From contig CAXKVF010000086.1 in NCBI GenBank assembly GCA_964057225.1, positions 124,001-188,000 of the forward strand: a stretch of DNA of 64,000 bases, read 5' to 3'. The stretch comes from Auanema rhodensis (Eukaryota; Animalia; Nematoda). A model generated the notes under the pieces. The model did not search any database. It saw only the letters and a list, made by a program, of their open reading frames with translations, and had not been told where the DNA came from. Shown here piece after piece: positions 59,201 through 64,000 of this stretch (its first letter is position 1; each line of letters starts with the position of its first letter). A program made the translations under genes and the position numbers.

Positions 59201-62200
59201 TGGACACGGGGAATCTAATTTTGAAAACCGCATCTCTTTATCTTTCACGTGAAGCGAGTTACATACCAAGTGCACATCACGTGTACATTTAATTAGCATA
59301 AATTAAAGTTCACGTAAATTTCAAAGTCATGGTTACCATGAACCAATATCAATAAAAATTTGTTTTTAGACTAATATGGACATGGGGAATCTAATTTTGA
59401 AAACCGCATCTCTTCATCTTTCACGTGAAGCGAGTTACATACCAAGTGCACATCACGTGTACATTTAATTAGCATAAATTAAAGTTCACGTAAATTTCAA
59501 AGTCATGGTTACCATGAACCAATATCAATAAAAATTTGTTTTTAGACTAATATGGACATGGGGAATCTAATTTTGAAAACCGCATCTCTTTATCTTTCGT
59601 GTGAAGCGAGTTACATACCAAGTGCACATCACGTGTACATTTAATTAGCATAAATTAAAGTTCACGTAAATTTCAAAGTCATGGTTACCATGCACCAATA
59701 TCAATAAAAATTTGTTTTTAGACTAATATGGACATGGGGAATCTAATTTTGAAAACCGCATCTCTTTATCTTTCACGTGAAGCGAGTTACATACCAAGTG
59801 CACATCACGTGTACATTTAATTAGCATAAATTAAAGTTCACGTAAATTTCAAAGTCATGGTTACCATGAACCAATATCAATAAAAATTTGTTTTCAGACT
59901 AATATGGACATGGGGAATCTAATTTTGAAAACCGCATCTCTTTATCTTTCACGTGAAGCGAGTTACATACCAAGTGCACATCACGTGTACATTTAATTAG
60001 CATAAATTAAAGTTCACGTAAATTTCAAAGTCATGGTTACCATGCACCAATATCAATAAAAATTTGTTTTTAGACTAATATGGACATGGGGAATCTAATT
60101 TTGAAAACCGCATCTCTTTATCTTTCACGTGAAGCGAGTTACATACCAAGTGCACATCACGTGTACATTTAATTAGCATAAATTAAAGTTCACGTAAATT
60201 TCAAAGTCATGGTTACCATGCACCAATATCAATAAAAATTTGTTTTTAGACTAATATGGACATGGGGAATCTAATTTTGAAAACCGCATCTCTTTATCTT
60301 TCACGTGAAGCGAGTTACATACCAAGTGCACATCACGTGTACATTTAATTAGCATAAATTAAAGTTCACGTAAATTTCAAAGTCATGGTTACCATGAACC
60401 AATATCAATAAAAATTTGTTTTCAGACTAATATGGACATGGGGAATCTAATTTTGAAAACCGCATCTCTTTATCTTTCACGTGAAGCGAGTTACATACCA
60501 AGTGCACATCACGTGTACATTTAATTAGCATAAATTAAAGTTCACGTAAATTTCAAAGTCATGGTTACCATGCACCAATATCAATAAAAATTTGTTTTTA
60601 GACTAATATGGACATGGGGAATCTAATTTTGAAAACCGCATCTCTTTATCTTTCACGTGAAGCGAGTTACATACCAAGTGCACATCACGTGTACATTTAA
60701 TTAGCATAAATTAAAGTTCACGTAAATTTCAAAGTCATGGTTACCATGCACCAATATCAATAAAAATTTGTTTTTAGACTAATATGGACATGGGGAATCT
60801 AATTTTGAAAACCGCATCTCTTTATCTTTCACGTGAAGCGAGTTACATACCAAGTGCACATCACGTGTACATTTAATTAGCATAAATTAAAGTTCACGTA
60901 AATTTCAAAGTCATGGTTACCATGAACCAATATCAATAAAAATTTGTTTTCAGACTAATATGGACATGGGGAATCTAATTTTGAAAACCGCATCTCTTTA
61001 TCTTTCACGTGAAGCGAGTTACATACCAAGTGCACATCACGTGTACATTTAATTAGCATAAATTAAAGTTCACGTAAATTTCAAAGTCATGGTTACCATG
61101 CACCAATATCAATAAAAATTTGTTTTTAGACTAATATGGACATGGGGAATCTAATTTTGAAAACCGCATCTCTTTATCTTTCACGTGAAGCGAGTTACAT
61201 ACCAAGTGCACATCACGTGTACATTTAATTAGCATAAATTAAAGTTCACGTAAATTTCAAAGTCATGGTTACCATGCACCAATATCAATAAAAATTTGTT
61301 TTTAGACTAATATGGACATGGGAAATCTAATTTTGAAAACCGCATCTCTTTATCTTTCACGTGAAGCGAGTTACATACCAAGTGCACATCACGTGTACAT
61401 TTAATTAGCATAAATTAAAGTTCACGTAAATTTCAAAGTCATGGTTACCATGAACCAATATCAATAAAAATTTGTTTTCAGACTAATATGGACATGGGGA
61501 ATCTAATTTTGAAAACCGCATCTCTTTATCTTTCACGTGAAGCGAGTTACATACCAAGTGCACATCACGTGTACATTTAATTAGCATAAATTAAAGTTCA
61601 CGTAAATTTCAAAGTCATGGTTACCATGCACCAATATCAATAAAAATTTGTTTTTAGACTAATATGGACATGGGGAATCTAATTTTGAAAACCGCATCTC
61701 TTTATCTTTCACGTGAAGCGAGTTACATACCAAGTGCACATCACGTGTACATTTAATTAGCATAAATTAAAGTTCACGTAAATTTCAAAGTCATGGTTAC
61801 CATGCACCAATATCAATAAAAATTTGTTTTTAGACTAATATGGACATGGGGAATCTAATTTTGAAAACCGCATCTCTTTATCTTTCACGTGAAGCGAGTT
61901 ACATACCAAGTGCACATCACGTGTACATTTAATTAGCATAAATTAAAGTTCACGTAAATTTCAAAGTCATGGTTACCATGCACCAATATCAATAAAAATT
62001 TGTTTTTAGACTAATATGGACATGGGGAATCTAATTTTGAAAACCGCATCTCTTCATCTTTCACGTGAAGCGAGTTACATACCAAGTGCACATCACGTGT
62101 ACATTTAATTAGCATAAATTAAAGTTCACGTAAATTTCAAAGTCATGGTTACCATGCACCAATATCAATAAAAATTTGTTTTTAGACTAATATGGACATG

Positions 62201-62922
62201 GGGAATCTAATTTTGAAAACCGCATCTCTTTATCTTTCACGTGAAGCGAGTTACATACCAAGTGCACATCACGTGTACATTTAATTAGCATAAATTAAAG
62301 TTCACGTAAATTTCAAAGTCATGGTTACCATGCACCAATATCAATAAAAATTTGTTTTTAGACTAATATGGACATGGGGAATCTAATTTTGAAAACCGCA
62401 TCTCTTTATCTTTCACGTGAAGCGAGTTACATACCAAGTGCACATCACGTGTACATTTAATTAGCATAAATTAAAGTTCACGTAAATTTCAAAGTCATGG
62501 TTACCATGCACCAATATCAATAAAAATTTGTTTTTAGACTAATATGGACACGGGGAATCTAATTTTGAAAACCGCATCTCTTTATCTTTCACGTGAAGCG
62601 AGTTACATACCAAGTGCACATCACGTGTACATTTAATTAGCATAAATTAAAGTTCACGTAAATTTCAAAGTCATGGTTACCATGAACCAATATCAATAAA
62701 AATTTGTTTTTAGACTAATATGGACATGGGGAATCTAATTTTGAAAACCGCATCTCTTCATCTTTCACGTGAAGCGAGTTACATACCAAGTGCACATCAC
62801 GTGTACATTTAATTAGCATAAATTAAAGTTCACGTAAATTTCAAAGTCATGGTTACCATGAACCAATATCAATAAAAATTTGTTTTTAGACTAATATGGA
62901 CATGGGGAATCTAATTTTGAAA
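56235..62922. repeat. 19-monomer (3344-bp) tandem duplication containing a nested 3-monomer repeat
   Basis: T141C at 56551/57079/57607/58135 and 59895/60423/60951/61479; G161A 57979/61323; T13C 58711/62055 and 59415/62759; T157C 59207/62551. All pair offsets are 3344. Confidence 0.93.
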
Positions 62923-64000
62923 ACCGCATCTCTTTATCTTTCACGTGAAGCGAGTTACATACCAAGTGCACATCACGTGTACATTTAATTAGCATAAATT
63001 AAAGTTCACGTAAATTTCAAAGTCATGGTTACCATGCACCAATATCAATAAAAATTTGTTTTTAGACTAATATGGACATGGAGAATCTAATTTTGAAAAC
63101 CGCATCTCTTTATCTTTCACGTGAAGCGAGGTACATACCAAGTGCACATCACGTGTACATTTAATTAGCATAAATTAAAGTTCACGTAAATTTCAAAGTC
63201 ATGGTTACCATGAACCAATATCAATAAAAATTTGTTTTTAGACTAATATGGACATGGGGAATCTAATTTTGAAAACCGCATCTCTTTATCTTTCACGTGA
63301 AGCGAGTTACATACCAAGTGCACATCACGTGTACATTTAATTAGCATTAATTAAAGTTCACGTAAATTTCAAAGTCATGGTTACCATGAACCAATATCAA
63401 TAAAAATTTGTTTTTAGACTAATATGGACATGGGGAATCTAATTTTGAAAACCGCATCTCTTTATCTTTCACGTGAAGCGAGTTACATACCAAGTGCACA
63501 TCACGTGTACATTTAATTAGCATAAATTAAAGTTCACGTAAATTTCAAAGTCATGGTTACCATGCACCAATATCAATAAAAATTTGTTTTTAGACTAATA
63601 TGGACATGGGGAATCTAATTTTGAAAACCGCATCTCTTTATATTTCACGTGAAGCGAGTTACATACCAAGTGCACATCACGTGTACATTTAATTAGCATA
63701 AATTAAAGTTCACGTAAATTTCAAAGTCATGGTTACCATGCACCAATATCAATAAAAATTTGTTTTTAGACTAATATGGACATGGGGAATCTAATTTTGA
63801 AAACCGCATCTCTTTATCTTTCACATGAAGCGAGTTACATACCAAGTGCACATCACGTGTACATTTAATTAGCATAAATTAAAGTTCACGTAAATTTCAA
63901 AGTCATGGTTACCATGCACCAATATCAATAAAAATTTGTTTTTAGACTAATATGGACATGGGGAATCTAATTTTGAAAACCGCATCTCTTTATCTTTCAC

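Larger units (their letters stand above)
1..64000. repeat. Homogeneous tandem satellite array with a 176-bp monomer (363 full copies plus partials); candidate centromeric or pericentromeric satellite
   Basis: ACCGCATC recurs at 1, 177, 353 and so on. Phase is kept to the end (last start 63979 = 363x176 + 90 + 1) once four indels (-1, +46, +46, -1) are counted. Consensus: ACCGCATCTCTTTATCTTTCACGTGAAGCGAGTTACATACCAAGTGCACATCACGTGTACATTTAATTAGCATAAATTAAAGTTCACGTAAATTTCAAAGTCATGGTTACCATG(C/A)A(C/G)CAATATCAATAAAAATTTGTTTTTAGACTAATATGGACATGGGGAATCTAATTTTGAAA. The repeat call is direct; the centromeric role is inference. Confidence 0.99.

Noticed and set aside
1-64000. CRISPR array
   Set aside because: There are no unique spacers (the whole unit repeats), no leader and no cas genes.
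1-64000. Embedded transposon, inversion, telomeric repeat or unique island
   Set aside because: Phase arithmetic accounts for every base with four small indels, and I saw no strand switch or foreign sequence.
1-64000. Rolling-circle or sequencing concatemer artefact
   Set aside because: Variants are shared in ordered, nested blocks and regional domains, as expected of an evolved genomic array rather than random errors on one template. Local misassembly cannot be excluded.

Overview
The whole 64,000-bp window is one uninterrupted head-to-tail array of an AT-rich (about 32% GC) 176-bp satellite, all in one orientation. It holds 363 full monomers, two 46-bp partial monomers and a 22-bp end fragment (363x176 - 2 + 92 + 22 = 64,000). 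Most monomers differ from the consensus at 0-3 positions. I see no genes, RNA genes, transposon insertions, CRISPR spacers or unique DNA. The two 60-aa ORFs arise only because a stop codon is lost in two adjacent monomers. The informative structure is in the variants: (i) allele domains with the two ends of the window resembling each other more than the centre, (ii) many recent local multi-monomer duplications (3-, 5-, 6-, 7-, 8-, 11- and 19-monomer offsets), (iii) a 46-bp partial monomer present twice, and (iv) a monomer rich in dyad symmetry and CACGTG motifs, with some variants that perfect the hairpins. This looks like eukaryotic heterochromatic, possibly centromeric, satellite DNA. I cannot name the family or species, and function is inference only. 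I found no support for a new gene-encoded system. Monomer positions below are numbered on window bases 1-176.
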